Shown here: positions 17,369-27,183 of the stretch, in pieces
How the letters are laid out: each line of letters opens with the position of its first letter
Position numbering within the stretch: position 1 is the first letter of the stretch
Source of the DNA: a virus
Lineage: Duplodnaviria; Caudoviricetes
IMG/VR virus record: IMGVR_UViG_3300030330_005822
Location: 1-47,369 of that record
Direction: 5' to 3' (one strand)
Length of the DNA: 47,369 nucleotides
The notes under the pieces: generated by a model
Seen by the model: the letters and a program-made list of their open reading frames with translations, nothing else
Told to the model about the DNA's origin: nothing
The model's database searches: none
Position numbers and translations under genes: made by a program

Positions 17369-18483
17369 TTACCACCCCCGGATAGCCATCCGATTTCTTT
17401 TTCAATGATCTTATCTCTGAGTTGGCAAAGTAGTGTGTAGTCATTCAATAATGCCTCACCCGCTTTCTTTGCCCCCTGGAATCGGTTTTCCTCATCAATC
17501 ACATACCAACTCCCCTTTCTTTCAACGAGGCCCCAATATTCGGCAAATAAGATCACTTGCTCTGCAATGTTAGATGCACCGGTCAAATAATCATCGGTAT
17601 CCTTGAAGAATAGACTGAAGATTGCAGATCTGTTTGGAGGTGCAGTCTTGTTTTTTTGAAAGATAACTTCAATATCTTGACCCAAGGGCACGCCACCTTT
17701 GGTCTCTTCGATATATCCCTTCTTCTTTACTTTGCAGATAATAGAGGAAGCAAAGTCAATACCTTTTCCTCCAGGTGAAGTTTCCGGGTTTCCATAAAAC
17801 ACCCCGACCTTCATTCGGATTTGATTGATCAAAAGAATGGTAGGCGCAACCTTCTTCTCAAGACCAACGGCATTTTGAGCCGACACCCACTTTCTCATTG
17901 CCTTATTCATCAATCGAGCCATTGTGCCGACTTGCCACTTTTCAGAGGATTGCTCAATCTCAACACTAGGAGTTAAGTGTGCAATTGAATCAACTACTAG
18001 CAAGTCGCATTCACCGGATCTGATAGCCATGTCTGCAATGTCTATCCCTTGCTCTGCAAACTCTGTTCTGATCACATATGTGTTATCAGGGAACATACCC
18101 AATTTTGTAGCCCAATCGTTTTGATATGAACCCTCTGCATCAAACCAAACCACCCGCATTTTTTCTGGGTTCTTACAGCAAGTCACATGAGCCCCATCTT
18201 GGATATTCTCCTGCCAATCAATCATGGGATTGCCACAGTTTCTACAGTGCCTTTGGAAGGCTGCACCGATCCGATGAGCTAATGCCGACTTGCCACTTGA
18301 ATACTCACCCTTCAGAGTCATTATTGTACCCAAAGGAACTCCTCCACCTGATGCAATATCAAATGAAAGAATACCGGTTTGAATTCGGTTTCTCTTCTCA
18401 AGTCGATCTGATTGAGACGCTTGAACTAAACAATCTTCACCATATCTTTTATTGATGTCTTTGAGAAGTTGTTGAAAACTCAT
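17365..18483 (-). CDS. recA: RecA-like recombinase with Cys-rich insertion
   Basis: GEYSSGKS, WFDAEG, VVDSIAHL, INQIRMKVG, ETSPGGKG, KNKTAPP. Confidence 0.95.
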   Translation of the reverse strand: MSFQQLLKDINKRYGEDCLVQASQSDRLEKRNRIQTGILSFDIASGGGVPLGTIMTLKGEYSSGKSALAHRIGAAFQRHCRNCGNPMIDWQENIQDGAHVTCCKNPEKMRVVWFDAEGSYQNDWATKLGMFPDNTYVIRTEFAEQGIDIADMAIRSGECDLLVVDSIAHLTPSVEIEQSSEKWQVGTMARLMNKAMRKWVSAQNAVGLEKKVAPTILLINQIRMKVGVFYGNPETSPGGKGIDFASSIICKVKKKGYIEETKGGVPLGQDIEVIFQKNKTAPPNRSAIFSLFFKDTDDYLTGASNIAEQVILFAEYWGLVERKGSWYVIDEENRFQGAKKAGEALLNDYTLLCQLRDKIIEKEIGWLSGGGK

Positions 18484-18695
18484 TTAACCCGACCCTTTTT
18501 GATTTCAGATACCTTTAATTCAAGTTGTCGATAAACCTCTTTCCAAGCATCATCAAATCCTTGGGATACACTCGTTTGAGATGCAACTACAGGAAGCTCA
18601 ATTCCCGCCTCAATCTTTGCGCTTTCATAATTACCTAGATTGACAGTCATACTAGCCAATGCTTTGACAATTGCAGTTTTGTTTTGTTCACTCAT
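18480..18695 (-). CDS. Conserved phage hypothetical (NLGNYES family)
   Basis: TVNLGNYESAKIEAG; coupled to recA. Confidence 0.75.
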   Translation of the reverse strand: MSEQNKTAIVKALASMTVNLGNYESAKIEAGIELPVVASQTSVSQGFDDAWKEVYRQLELKVSEIKKGRVK

Positions 18696-18696
18696 T

Positions 18697-19257
18697 TTAT
18701 TTGTCCTCTTCTAACTTTTCGGGATCAACCCCAAATTCTAGCTCATTAAACTTTTCATTTATCAAAGAAGCCAACTTAGATGTCATTCTAAGTTTTCGTT
18801 TATTTCTAATGCAGATGGCCATCTCAGCATCGATTACATTCTTCAACGCCAATACCTGGTCATCTGTATATAAACGCCAATTGACATGATTTCGATAAAG
18901 AGATTCGGGCAATTTACCAGAGTTAATCCAATTGATAATTGATGCCTTCTTGACTTTCACAATATCACAGACTTGACCTAACGTGTACATATGAACAACA
19001 GCAGTCTTGCCTGTGGGAGTTTTAACCTTCATCTTCTTGCCGGACTCTACAACGAATTCTTCTCCGCTTTCAATGGACTTTTTCTTGAGCTTAAGTCTTT
19101 CTAGTTCTTTGAATCGTCTTCTCGTCTCAGATCGGTTTCTAGCTAGCTTACCTCGATATGATGGATCGTTGTCATATCTTACTTTTCTGCTCTTCAGGAT
19201 ACGATCTTTATTTTGCTCATAATATTCTTTCATGTAATCAGTTCTATTAACTGTCAT
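18697..19257 (-). CDS. MerR-like HTH DNA-binding protein
   Basis: YTLGQVCDIVKVKKASIINWINSGKLP...NWRLYTDDQV. Confidence 0.78.
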   Translation of the reverse strand: MTVNRTDYMKEYYEQNKDRILKSRKVRYDNDPSYRGKLARNRSETRRRFKELERLKLKKKSIESGEEFVVESGKKMKVKTPTGKTAVVHMYTLGQVCDIVKVKKASIINWINSGKLPESLYRNHVNWRLYTDDQVLALKNVIDAEMAICIRNKRKLRMTSKLASLINEKFNELEFGVDPEKLEEDK

Positions 19258-19612
19258 TGTTTGACTCCTTAATCAGTAACGCCTCAGTTGTTTTGATTTG
19301 AGCGTATTTGGCAATTTCATTTGGATCAATTCGCCCCTCTGCAATTAAACTCTCTACTTTAGACATATCGAGTTCAGTTTTCTCAAAATCCTTTGAGTCA
19401 ATACCTTTAGCAGCAATGTGAGCTTGGATCCCCTCTTTGTCATACTTGACTGTTTGTCTAATAGACATAGTAGCTTTAACGCCATCTTGTTCAGAAGACA
19501 TTACGCCCTTTTCTTTCAAGCTTTGTAAAACAATTTTCTTTAATCGATCTTTCTCAGAATTTAGTTCTTTGATTTTTTGTACTATTGAATAATACTTCTT
19601 GTACGAATTCAT
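19247..19612 (-). CDS. Hypothetical coiled-coil phage protein
   Basis: 121-aa ORF with GGGGG RBS and its own promoter. Confidence 0.75.
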   Translation of the reverse strand: MNSYKKYYSIVQKIKELNSEKDRLKKIVLQSLKEKGVMSSEQDGVKATMSIRQTVKYDKEGIQAHIAAKGIDSKDFEKTELDMSKVESLIAEGRIDPNEIAKYAQIKTTEALLIKESNNDS

Positions 19613-19639
19613 AAACCCCCCTTATGTTGTACAACAAAT

Positions 19640-19668
19640 AATATACCTGTTTTCTTCAACATCGTAAA
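19640..19668 (-). promoter_or_regulatory. Sigma70-like promoter
   Basis: TTTACG-17 bp-TATATT on the - strand, followed by the 12-bp palindrome TGTTGTACAACA (19625-19636). Confidence 0.55.
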
Positions 19669-19689
19669 GAGATTTATTATTCCTTTTAG

Positions 19690-20949
19690 CTAATTAAATA
19701 GTATATTGTACCCTAGTTTTGTGTAAGTCTTTTTTCTAGCACCCCAATATGCGTTTAGAATACCTATCTTTGGATCAACGACATCCAATACTACCGGGTC
19801 TTTTTTATCAGGTGCATCACGTAAGATGCGTCCTACCGACTGAGTTATTGAAGTTTTTGGTGTAGCTAGTATCAAAGTGTCTAAAGCGGGTATATCTAAA
19901 CCCTCTTGAGCCATTGCATACGTACCTACAATAACATCTGCCTTAGCCGACTCTTCCCTGGCCCCTTGACTCATTCCTCCGATATACAGATCAACTGAAA
20001 AGTCAGATTCCTCAAAGTCTTTAGACAAGATAGTCTTCATCTCTTTTACATGAGCTACACGCTCACTTAGAATAAGAACCTTACGCCCTTTGAGGAGAGC
20101 TCTCTTTGTCATGCGTATGATAAGATCGGTGCGATCCTCTATTTTAGATAAATCTGTAATCATCTTTGAAGTGTTAACGTCCCCATTCCAAAGTTTAGGG
20201 ATCTTCATGCTGCACTCTGTGTTTATTCTCCAGATAGTCGGTATTCTCTTGTGTCCTTCCATCTCATACACAATCGGACCAATGTGGAGAAACAGGGCTT
20301 TTTGCATCCCATCTTTGCGCTCTGGTGTAGCAGTCAATCCTACTCGATATGCAGAGTCAAATCGACCAAAAGCATTTTGCCACATCGGTGCAGCGTACCG
20401 GTGCGTTTCATCTGCAATAACAGTCCCAAACAAGTCATACGTTTCTGCCGGGTACTCTCGTTTGCAGATTGATTGCACCATCGCAATCACGATATCTTCT
20501 GTGCCATCAGGGACCGTATCTCTTTGCCATATTCCAATCTTAGCTTGAGGTAAGAATGTGTTTGCACGTTCGATCCATTGATCAACCAGAAACTCTTTAT
20601 GCACAAGCACAAGTGTCTTTCTTCCTAATTTCCTAGCAATCTCTAAACCCATTACTGTCTTACCCCTACCACAAGGAGCAAACAGGATTGCCCCCTTCGG
20701 TGGCTCATCCAGGTATTCGATTACCGCTTTGACTGCCGGCACTTGATAATCTCTAAGAGAGATCGGCTCAATCATTGGGTTCATCATCTCACCGAGCATA
20801 CTTGTTGAAAAGTCAACATATTTGAATTGCTCGAAGCCACGAGGCACATAGTATTTGCCTTGGCACTTTGCAAACAACTCCATACCGTTTAAAGTCAATA
20901 CACCCTTAGTTTCTTTGTTAAAATTAGGATGTAAAGCCCAACCCTTCAT
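19690..20949 (-). CDS. Superfamily 2 DExH helicase
   Basis: LRDYQ, APCGRGKT, DETH, GLTATPER, EGLDIP, QSVGRILR. Confidence 0.93.
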   Translation of the reverse strand: MKGWALHPNFNKETKGVLTLNGMELFAKCQGKYYVPRGFEQFKYVDFSTSMLGEMMNPMIEPISLRDYQVPAVKAVIEYLDEPPKGAILFAPCGRGKTVMGLEIARKLGRKTLVLVHKEFLVDQWIERANTFLPQAKIGIWQRDTVPDGTEDIVIAMVQSICKREYPAETYDLFGTVIADETHRYAAPMWQNAFGRFDSAYRVGLTATPERKDGMQKALFLHIGPIVYEMEGHKRIPTIWRINTECSMKIPKLWNGDVNTSKMITDLSKIEDRTDLIIRMTKRALLKGRKVLILSERVAHVKEMKTILSKDFEESDFSVDLYIGGMSQGAREESAKADVIVGTYAMAQEGLDIPALDTLILATPKTSITQSVGRILRDAPDKKDPVVLDVVDPKIGILNAYWGARKKTYTKLGYNILFN

Positions 20950-22772
20950 TTTGCCTCACCCCATGACTTCCCTATGGCGGGCTCTGCAATCAAAGGAACG
21001 ATAAGCTTGACACAATTTTCCATCTCAAACTTTAGAATATCTGATACCTGTTCACTAATTTCCTCTTTAGCCTCTACAACTACTTCATCGTGAACCTGGC
21101 AAACAATTCTTACATCATCTCGTGTGTACCCTTCTTCTCTTACTCTTCTGATAAAGTTTCTCATGCCGATCTTGATGATGTCTGCTGCACTTCCTTGGAC
21201 TTGCGTATTGATTGCCTGCCGCTCTGCTTTTGATCGGTTGAATGAATCCCCTAAGTTTATTTGTGTGAGCTTTCTAATGCGTCCTGTGATAGTCCAAACA
21301 TAACCCTTATCTCTTACCTTCTTGATTAGCTTTTGATGAAAACTCACAACGCCGGCATAGTTTGCAAAGTATTTATCAGAATACGACTGAGCCTCAGATA
21401 CTGACACACCCAACATTTTACTAAGTGTCTTAGCACCCATTTTGTAGATCAACCCGAAGTTAATGCCCTTTGCGTGGAATCGAGAACATCCACATGCATC
21501 TGCTGTCATTTGATGAATATCTCCATTCTCTTGATAAACAGTACACATAACAGGATCCTTCGATAAGTGTGCCATGACTCTCAATTCAACTTGAGAGTAG
21601 TCAGCTACAATCAATTCATACCCATCCTCTGCAATGAAGGACCTTCTCAGTAAATCGCCCTCTTTTGTTCTACTAGATGGAATGTTTTGTAAGTTTGGTT
21701 TAGATGAGGACATACGACCTGTGTCTGTACCGAACTGATTGAATGACCCATGAATGCGGTCTTGTGAATCCGTGTATATAGGCAACTTTTCACAGTATGT
21801 GGAAAGCATTTTAGATAACTGTCGGTATTCCAGAACTAGTTTAGCCAGTGATCTCCCGATTATGGATGTACCAGGTATTGCACCTTCTGCCCACTTCTCT
21901 AAATGCTCATTAGCTGTCGAATAAAATCCACTCTTGCCACGAGGCACACCCTTTGTCCCCCAATAGTTATCACATAACTTTTTGCTCAACCATTGAGACG
22001 AGCCAATCTGTGCGTCATCACCTAAGATTGCACAAAATTTATCTGTAATAGACTTGAGGCGTTCTCTCATGACAATACTTGCCTCTTTTACTTGTGCAAC
22101 ATCAAACTTAAACCCATAGTGCTCCATCTCTTCTAAGATGTACATCACCGGCATCTCTAGTTCATTCAAGACCTTTAGTTGGGATTCGTTTAGTTGGGGT
22201 AGCAACTCTGTTTGCAGTTTATATAGATACACTGCATCATCAATTGCATACTTACCCATCGTTGAAACAGGCACATATTCATTGCCGCCAAAACCTTTTG
22301 TGACTTGATCAAATGTGGTCATGTCATAACCAAAATATTCTCTTACTAAGGTCTTTAGACCATGACCACCGTTCTTACCTGGATCAATCAACCAAGAGAC
22401 ACATAGTGTATCAATCACCGTAGCTTTGATGTCTTGAGGATCGATTCCTTCATTGCGTAAGGTCTTGATGTCAAACTTAGCATTGTGAATATATATTGTC
22501 TTACTAGCGTCAAAAAACAGACTTTTCAACAACTCTAAGACAACATCTGATGGACAGTTTTTTGGTGGGATTGCGAATAGATCAAACCCTGCCTCGTGCC
22601 GGGTAGGAAAGTAGAATCCTTCCAATTTGCCTTTATGCTCTATAGCCAAAGAACAGCCGATCATCTTGCGATCAAACATCAGCCCATTTGTCTCAGTATC
22701 AAAAGCAATTTTGTCTGCAGCTAATATCTTTTCTTTTATTAAATCTAAATCTTCTTTTGTATCAATTATCAT
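20946..22772 (-). CDS. polA: Family A DNA polymerase with 3'-5' exonuclease
   Basis: DTET, HNAKFD, YAIDDA; TGRMSSSKPNLQNIP, ADYSQVELR, KGINFGLIY, QVHDE. Confidence 0.96.
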   Translation of the reverse strand: MIIDTKEDLDLIKEKILAADKIAFDTETNGLMFDRKMIGCSLAIEHKGKLEGFYFPTRHEAGFDLFAIPPKNCPSDVVLELLKSLFFDASKTIYIHNAKFDIKTLRNEGIDPQDIKATVIDTLCVSWLIDPGKNGGHGLKTLVREYFGYDMTTFDQVTKGFGGNEYVPVSTMGKYAIDDAVYLYKLQTELLPQLNESQLKVLNELEMPVMYILEEMEHYGFKFDVAQVKEASIVMRERLKSITDKFCAILGDDAQIGSSQWLSKKLCDNYWGTKGVPRGKSGFYSTANEHLEKWAEGAIPGTSIIGRSLAKLVLEYRQLSKMLSTYCEKLPIYTDSQDRIHGSFNQFGTDTGRMSSSKPNLQNIPSSRTKEGDLLRRSFIAEDGYELIVADYSQVELRVMAHLSKDPVMCTVYQENGDIHQMTADACGCSRFHAKGINFGLIYKMGAKTLSKMLGVSVSEAQSYSDKYFANYAGVVSFHQKLIKKVRDKGYVWTITGRIRKLTQINLGDSFNRSKAERQAINTQVQGSAADIIKIGMRNFIRRVREEGYTRDDVRIVCQVHDEVVVEAKEEISEQVSDILKFEMENCVKLIVPLIAEPAIGKSWGEAK

Positions 22773-22793
22773 GTCAATCCTATGTCTGTTTTA

Positions 22794-23483
22794 TTAAAAA
22801 GGAATTGAACTTCCACCGGTACTCCCCCAACCTCCACTTGATTGAGAAGAAGGAGAAGGAGAAGTCCAACTATCGTTGTCTTGAGAAAAAGTGTCTGTTT
22901 GAACCGGGTTCAAAATGGAGTCCATCTCTTGCTTTGTTTTAGGTTTCAAGATCTCCAAGTAGTTGAACGGTTGAATGTCTTGAGGCAGTTCTGAGCGTCC
23001 TTCAAACTCCAGGAAACTCCCTACCGCAGGAGACTTATCACCCATCCGAGACACATTGAACTTCATGCCACGAAGATTACCATTATTACGACTTAGTTGA
23101 CGCTCAATTAATCCCCACGTTTGAGAAGATCGCTTAACGACATAAAGGCTCAATTCATCTCGATGAGTATTACCTTTTTTGTCAGTCCACTCAGAGTGAT
23201 CAATCACTGTGAAGATAGCAACCTTGGAAGCTCTGTGGCCCATTTGTTTTAGAACATCATCCTCTGGGTTAATCGGTCGGGTAAACCAATTCTTCCAATT
23301 ATTGTTTAATTGGATTTGGTATTCCTCAATCTTGAAAGGAGTTTGAACTTGGATTCCGCCACAATCAATTACCGGCCCATCAACAAAAGTGATTTGTTTT
23401 TCGGTATTGTTGGGCATCCAAAATCGTCTTGTATATTTCTTAGATTCGCTTGGAAAAGCATTGTCATTATTGTACCAACTCAT
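22794..23483 (-). CDS. Probable single-stranded DNA-binding protein
   Basis: Lies between primase and polymerase; low-complexity S/G tail ending IPF, as in SSB C-termini. Confidence 0.65.
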   Translation of the reverse strand: MSWYNNDNAFPSESKKYTRRFWMPNNTEKQITFVDGPVIDCGGIQVQTPFKIEEYQIQLNNNWKNWFTRPINPEDDVLKQMGHRASKVAIFTVIDHSEWTDKKGNTHRDELSLYVVKRSSQTWGLIERQLSRNNGNLRGMKFNVSRMGDKSPAVGSFLEFEGRSELPQDIQPFNYLEILKPKTKQEMDSILNPVQTDTFSQDNDSWTSPSPSSQSSGGWGSTGGSSIPF

Positions 23484-23519
23484 TTGTGTCTCCTTGACTG
23501 TTTTTTTGGTTTATTTTGT

Positions 23520-23720
23520 TTATGTGGTCCATGAAAACCACAAATTGATCAAATATTGAATATAAATTTCGTATTGTCTAACCAAATTTTTTTCAAAATT
23601 GCATTCAATGTTGTATTCAAAAGCATTCTTGTAATCATACTTATCGTTGATTTGATAATTGTAAATATCATTTTTATAAAAACTAAATAAAGCATCACTA
23701 CGGAAGTTATAAATATGCAT
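23520..23720 (-). CDS. Small AT-rich hypothetical protein
   Basis: 66 aa, Y/N/F-rich; GGAGA RBS before ATG 23720. Confidence 0.4.
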   Translation of the reverse strand: MHIYNFRSDALFSFYKNDIYNYQINDKYDYKNAFEYNIECNFEKNLVRQYEIYIQYLINLWFSWTT

Positions 23721-23757
23721 TATTTTCTCCGAGAGGCTGTTGGGTTGACTTGTAGTA

Positions 23758-24720
23758 TTACACCATAAGAACAGAATTGTCAATTACACTACGTATCTCT
23801 TCATCTGAGCAGTCTCCAAAGTCTTTTTTTCCGACCCTATTTATATACCCTACTTTTGTTTGAATTCTACTCGAAAGAAGACTGACTGCTTTTTTCGTTC
23901 CGATACGCCCCGCCTCATCATTGTCTAGAGTAATGATTACCTGGTTAGACCAAGCAACTATCTTGTCTGCCTGCTCTTTAGTCATACTAGCCCCCATGAT
24001 GGATACAGCCCGGTACTTATCGTAAAGGCCATTGCGATACAAGAATTGATCAACAATCATGCAATCCAAAGCACCCTCAACTACAATCAGAGATAGGCCC
24101 GACTCTATAAGATGACCACCCATCAGGTGTTGTCCTTTAGACATCTCCCAATAATTCAAATACTTTGGTTTCTCATTCTTTATCGTTCTCCCCACTGCAC
24201 CCCATAGTCTTTTCATGGGGTCTCTAACGGGGAAAACAACTCTTGCTGCATCCTCATCAAAACCAACATCAAACCTCTTCCCGGTCTCTAATTCAATTCC
24301 TCTGGAAAACAAATAAGGAGAAAACTTGCGGGAATAGGGTGTGAATAAATCCTCATTGAAGGGTTGTAGAACCTTGGGTTGACTTGCTTTGTGATAGCTC
24401 AATTGCCCCAATGCCTCACCTAAGTATTTGTTCTCCAAGTCAAGGCAATCGTCTAGGGCAGGTTGCCATTTTGGGTCGCAATATGCGAGTCTTTTAAACA
24501 AGTAGTTTAGTTGACCCGATTTAAATTGACACGTAAAGCAATTGACTAGAACAGAATCATCGTTGACTTTGATTCCCATAGATGGTCGAGAGTCATAGTT
24601 ATTTCTATGAAGAGGAGTGTAGGGAGCCAATGGACATCGGATAGCAATATTACCCGCCCCAATCTTGCCCCCCATATTGTATTTATGCAGCAGACTCAAA
24701 ACAGATTGTTCTTTACTCAT
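23758..24720 (-). CDS. DNA primase (Zn-finger + TOPRIM)
   Basis: CPL...H..D.RPS...CFTC; VVEGALD, LDNDEAG, KDFGD. Confidence 0.9.
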   Translation of the reverse strand: MSKEQSVLSLLHKYNMGGKIGAGNIAIRCPLAPYTPLHRNNYDSRPSMGIKVNDDSVLVNCFTCQFKSGQLNYLFKRLAYCDPKWQPALDDCLDLENKYLGEALGQLSYHKASQPKVLQPFNEDLFTPYSRKFSPYLFSRGIELETGKRFDVGFDEDAARVVFPVRDPMKRLWGAVGRTIKNEKPKYLNYWEMSKGQHLMGGHLIESGLSLIVVEGALDCMIVDQFLYRNGLYDKYRAVSIMGASMTKEQADKIVAWSNQVIITLDNDEAGRIGTKKAVSLLSSRIQTKVGYINRVGKKDFGDCSDEEIRSVIDNSVLMV

Positions 24721-25949
24721 TAGAATGACACTCCTGTAAAGGCATCATCCTCAGCTTCTCCAAAGGTCATTGTACCCATATCCCAATCCAATTCAATTTC
24801 GGGTCGATCACCTTCTCTTTGCTTCAATACACGCAGTGTAGCCCGCTTGGATAGTCTTTGATCCTCATCTTGAAATAAACCGAGTATGACATCTGCATCT
24901 TTAGCAATATCACTTCCCGCAATATTCTCCGGCCCACCCTTGGAGTTGTCTGCATTACGATTGAATTGAACGGTTGCAACGATGGCTGTCTTAGATCGTT
25001 TAGCTAGCTTTTTGAGGTCTCTACTGATATTGCCGATTCTTTGATATTGCTCTCTTGCCTTTCGATCATCGTCCATCAGGTACATACCATCAATATATAC
25101 GATGTCGGGCTTGTACTTCTCAATCTTTGCTGCTACATGGCTGACACCTCCGGATTCTTCACCGACAATATTTATCTTGCCAGGTTCATCCACTTGTCTT
25201 TCAATTGCAGTTTTCCAATTAGCCTCTAGCATTGAGTTAAGACCACCTTTACGGAGATCTTGATATGGTAGCTTAAACTTGAGTGCATCGAAGCGTCTTG
25301 CAATCTGTGTACTTGGCATCTCTTTTGTTAAATAAAGTACACTCAACCCTTTTGAGTAGTTTGTGTACCCAAGTAGATTAGTAAGCCATGTTTTACCAAC
25401 TCCTTGCCGGGCAACGATTAAGATAAACTCCCCATCATGGAAACCTCTTGTAGCCTCATCTAGGGTAGGAAAAGGTGTCGTGTACCCATCAATACCACCC
25501 ATATTTTGGATGTTCTTGTAATCCTCATAGCGGTCCATCATTGTTTGACCCCAATTGAGATCCGCCTCACTTGTTGTTGTATCCTCAATCTCCTGTAGAG
25601 CTTGCCTAAGTTTCTCTACAGCCTCTTGTACCTTCCGACTGTTGAGATCAGAGTATGCCCCTTTTACACATTGAAGAGTAACATTGTAGGCGTGCTTTTC
25701 TTTTAGCTTGTCTAAGTAAAAACTTAGGGGTTCGGTTGGGAGTGTTGGCGAGAATTCCGGAAACTCCATTGATAGTGCATCTGCACTTGGGCCAACTCCA
25801 TGCAGTTTTATAAATCGCTCTACAAACTCCCAAATCTGCTTACTTGAGCCCTCGAAGATTTCTGATGTGATACCAGAGTCCATTGCCTCCGGGTAAAACA
25901 CTGAAGGGTCAATAGCGCAAATTGATATAATACTTTTTTCAATATCCAT
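24720..25949 (-). CDS. dnaB: DnaB-like replicative helicase
   Basis: ARQGVGKT, TKEM, YIDG, QFNR, DADV, KQREG. Confidence 0.93.
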   Translation of the reverse strand: MDIEKSIISICAIDPSVFYPEAMDSGITSEIFEGSSKQIWEFVERFIKLHGVGPSADALSMEFPEFSPTLPTEPLSFYLDKLKEKHAYNVTLQCVKGAYSDLNSRKVQEAVEKLRQALQEIEDTTTSEADLNWGQTMMDRYEDYKNIQNMGGIDGYTTPFPTLDEATRGFHDGEFILIVARQGVGKTWLTNLLGYTNYSKGLSVLYLTKEMPSTQIARRFDALKFKLPYQDLRKGGLNSMLEANWKTAIERQVDEPGKINIVGEESGGVSHVAAKIEKYKPDIVYIDGMYLMDDDRKAREQYQRIGNISRDLKKLAKRSKTAIVATVQFNRNADNSKGGPENIAGSDIAKDADVILGLFQDEDQRLSKRATLRVLKQREGDRPEIELDWDMGTMTFGEAEDDAFTGVSF

Positions 25950-25952
25950 GTC

Positions 25953-26303
25953 TTATCCATATCGTTTGATGTCATAGTCAAATAAAACCACGCCATCTGT
26001 TAAGTGTATTGGGTTGTCCACAACTAGGTGAACCGCCCTTTTGCTTTGTCTTAAATTGTGTATGCAAGAACGCATTGTGTCGAATCGTTTGTATTCATAC
26101 CCGCTAAGCAGCGGATTTGGTTCTTCATCAATGTAGATGATCACAGGCTTAAGAAAATATGTCATAGACCATAGCCAATCTTGTCTTTTCAACAAGTATT
26201 TTTTAGGCCCAATGAGCAGTTTTCTGCCCTGATACTCAAGAAGGACTTCAGAGTGAATCCAAAGAGTCATAGGGAGTGTATTTGCTAGATCTCCCTTGAT
26301 CAT
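25953..26303 (-). CDS. Hypothetical protein
   Basis: 116-aa ORF coupled (ATGA) to the loader gene. Confidence 0.7.
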   Translation of the reverse strand: MIKGDLANTLPMTLWIHSEVLLEYQGRKLLIGPKKYLLKRQDWLWSMTYFLKPVIIYIDEEPNPLLSGYEYKRFDTMRSCIHNLRQSKRAVHLVVDNPIHLTDGVVLFDYDIKRYG

Positions 26304-26923
26304 CTGTAAGCCTCCGTATACTTCTTTGCTTTACCCACTCTTCGATCATCGCCATCTAAAAAGACAGCTAACATACATTCTTTAGCTAAAGATACAGCCG
26401 ACTGCTTATATCTTTCTTCAAATGCCTGTGGCGTTAGGTTTGTTGTGATAATTGTAGGCAAACACTCTCTACTTCGTTTTCTTAAAAGATTCTCAAAACA
26501 GAGCTCTGCAAACCCACTTCCTTTACCTGAGTATTCCTTGCCTAGATCTTCTAGTAAAAGGAAGTCAACCTTCTCTACTCGACTTACAATTGAATTGTCT
26601 TGATCAAACCTGGAACCATCAATGTAAGCCACTTTTAGAACATCAGCTAGGATACAATAGGTAGAATACCCTCTTCTTTGTATCTCTTTCAGAAGGGCAC
26701 AGCAGGCATGTGTTTTTCCTACTCCATTATTTCCAAAAATGTACAGACCCCACCCGCCTTGATAATTAGAGTCCAGGTTTTGGTAATATGTTCTAAACGT
26801 ATCTTTAAGAGGACCTTCTTGTAGATCGGTTAGTTGAGCATTCCAATATCGCTTACCGATGTTCATTCGGTTAAGCAACTCCTCATTTAGTGTCTTTATC
26901 GGTTTTAGTTTCTTCGATGTCAT
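26300..26923 (-). CDS. DnaC/IstB-like AAA+ helicase loader
   Basis: GNNGVGKT, LLLEDLGKE, PTIITTNL. Confidence 0.88.
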   Translation of the reverse strand: MTSKKLKPIKTLNEELLNRMNIGKRYWNAQLTDLQEGPLKDTFRTYYQNLDSNYQGGWGLYIFGNNGVGKTHACCALLKEIQRRGYSTYCILADVLKVAYIDGSRFDQDNSIVSRVEKVDFLLLEDLGKEYSGKGSGFAELCFENLLRKRSRECLPTIITTNLTPQAFEERYKQSAVSLAKECMLAVFLDGDDRRVGKAKKYTEAYR

Positions 26924-27182
26924 TATTGATTGTCACATTCTGTCTTACGATTTTATATTTTTCTGCAATTCGGCTAGCAAACCGAATCAACTCTTTTTCT
27001 GAACAAGTATTTTTGTAGATGACTACTTCTTTCTTATACGCCTCACCTCCAATAATTTTGATTAACAACTTATTATCATCAACACGTTGAATAATCATTT
27101 TATTGAGACGAGCTAAAAATTTAGGGGTATCCTTACTAGACTTTCTAGCAATTAGATCTTTTTCTTTGTCAAAAATACGCAT
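26883..27182 (-). CDS. Basic hypothetical protein
   Basis: 99-aa ORF between initiator and loader; overlaps the loader 5' end. Confidence 0.55.
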   Translation of the reverse strand: MRIFDKEKDLIARKSSKDTPKFLARLNKMIIQRVDDNKLLIKIIGGEAYKKEVVIYKNTCSEKELIRFASRIAEKYKIVRQNVTINNDIEETKTDKDTK

Positions 27183-27183
27183 A

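Noticed and set aside
10001-25949. Inteins/introns in RNR, PolA, DnaB or RecA, or stop-codon recoding
   Set aside because: Proteins are of normal length and uninterrupted in the standard code; no homing-endonuclease motifs seen
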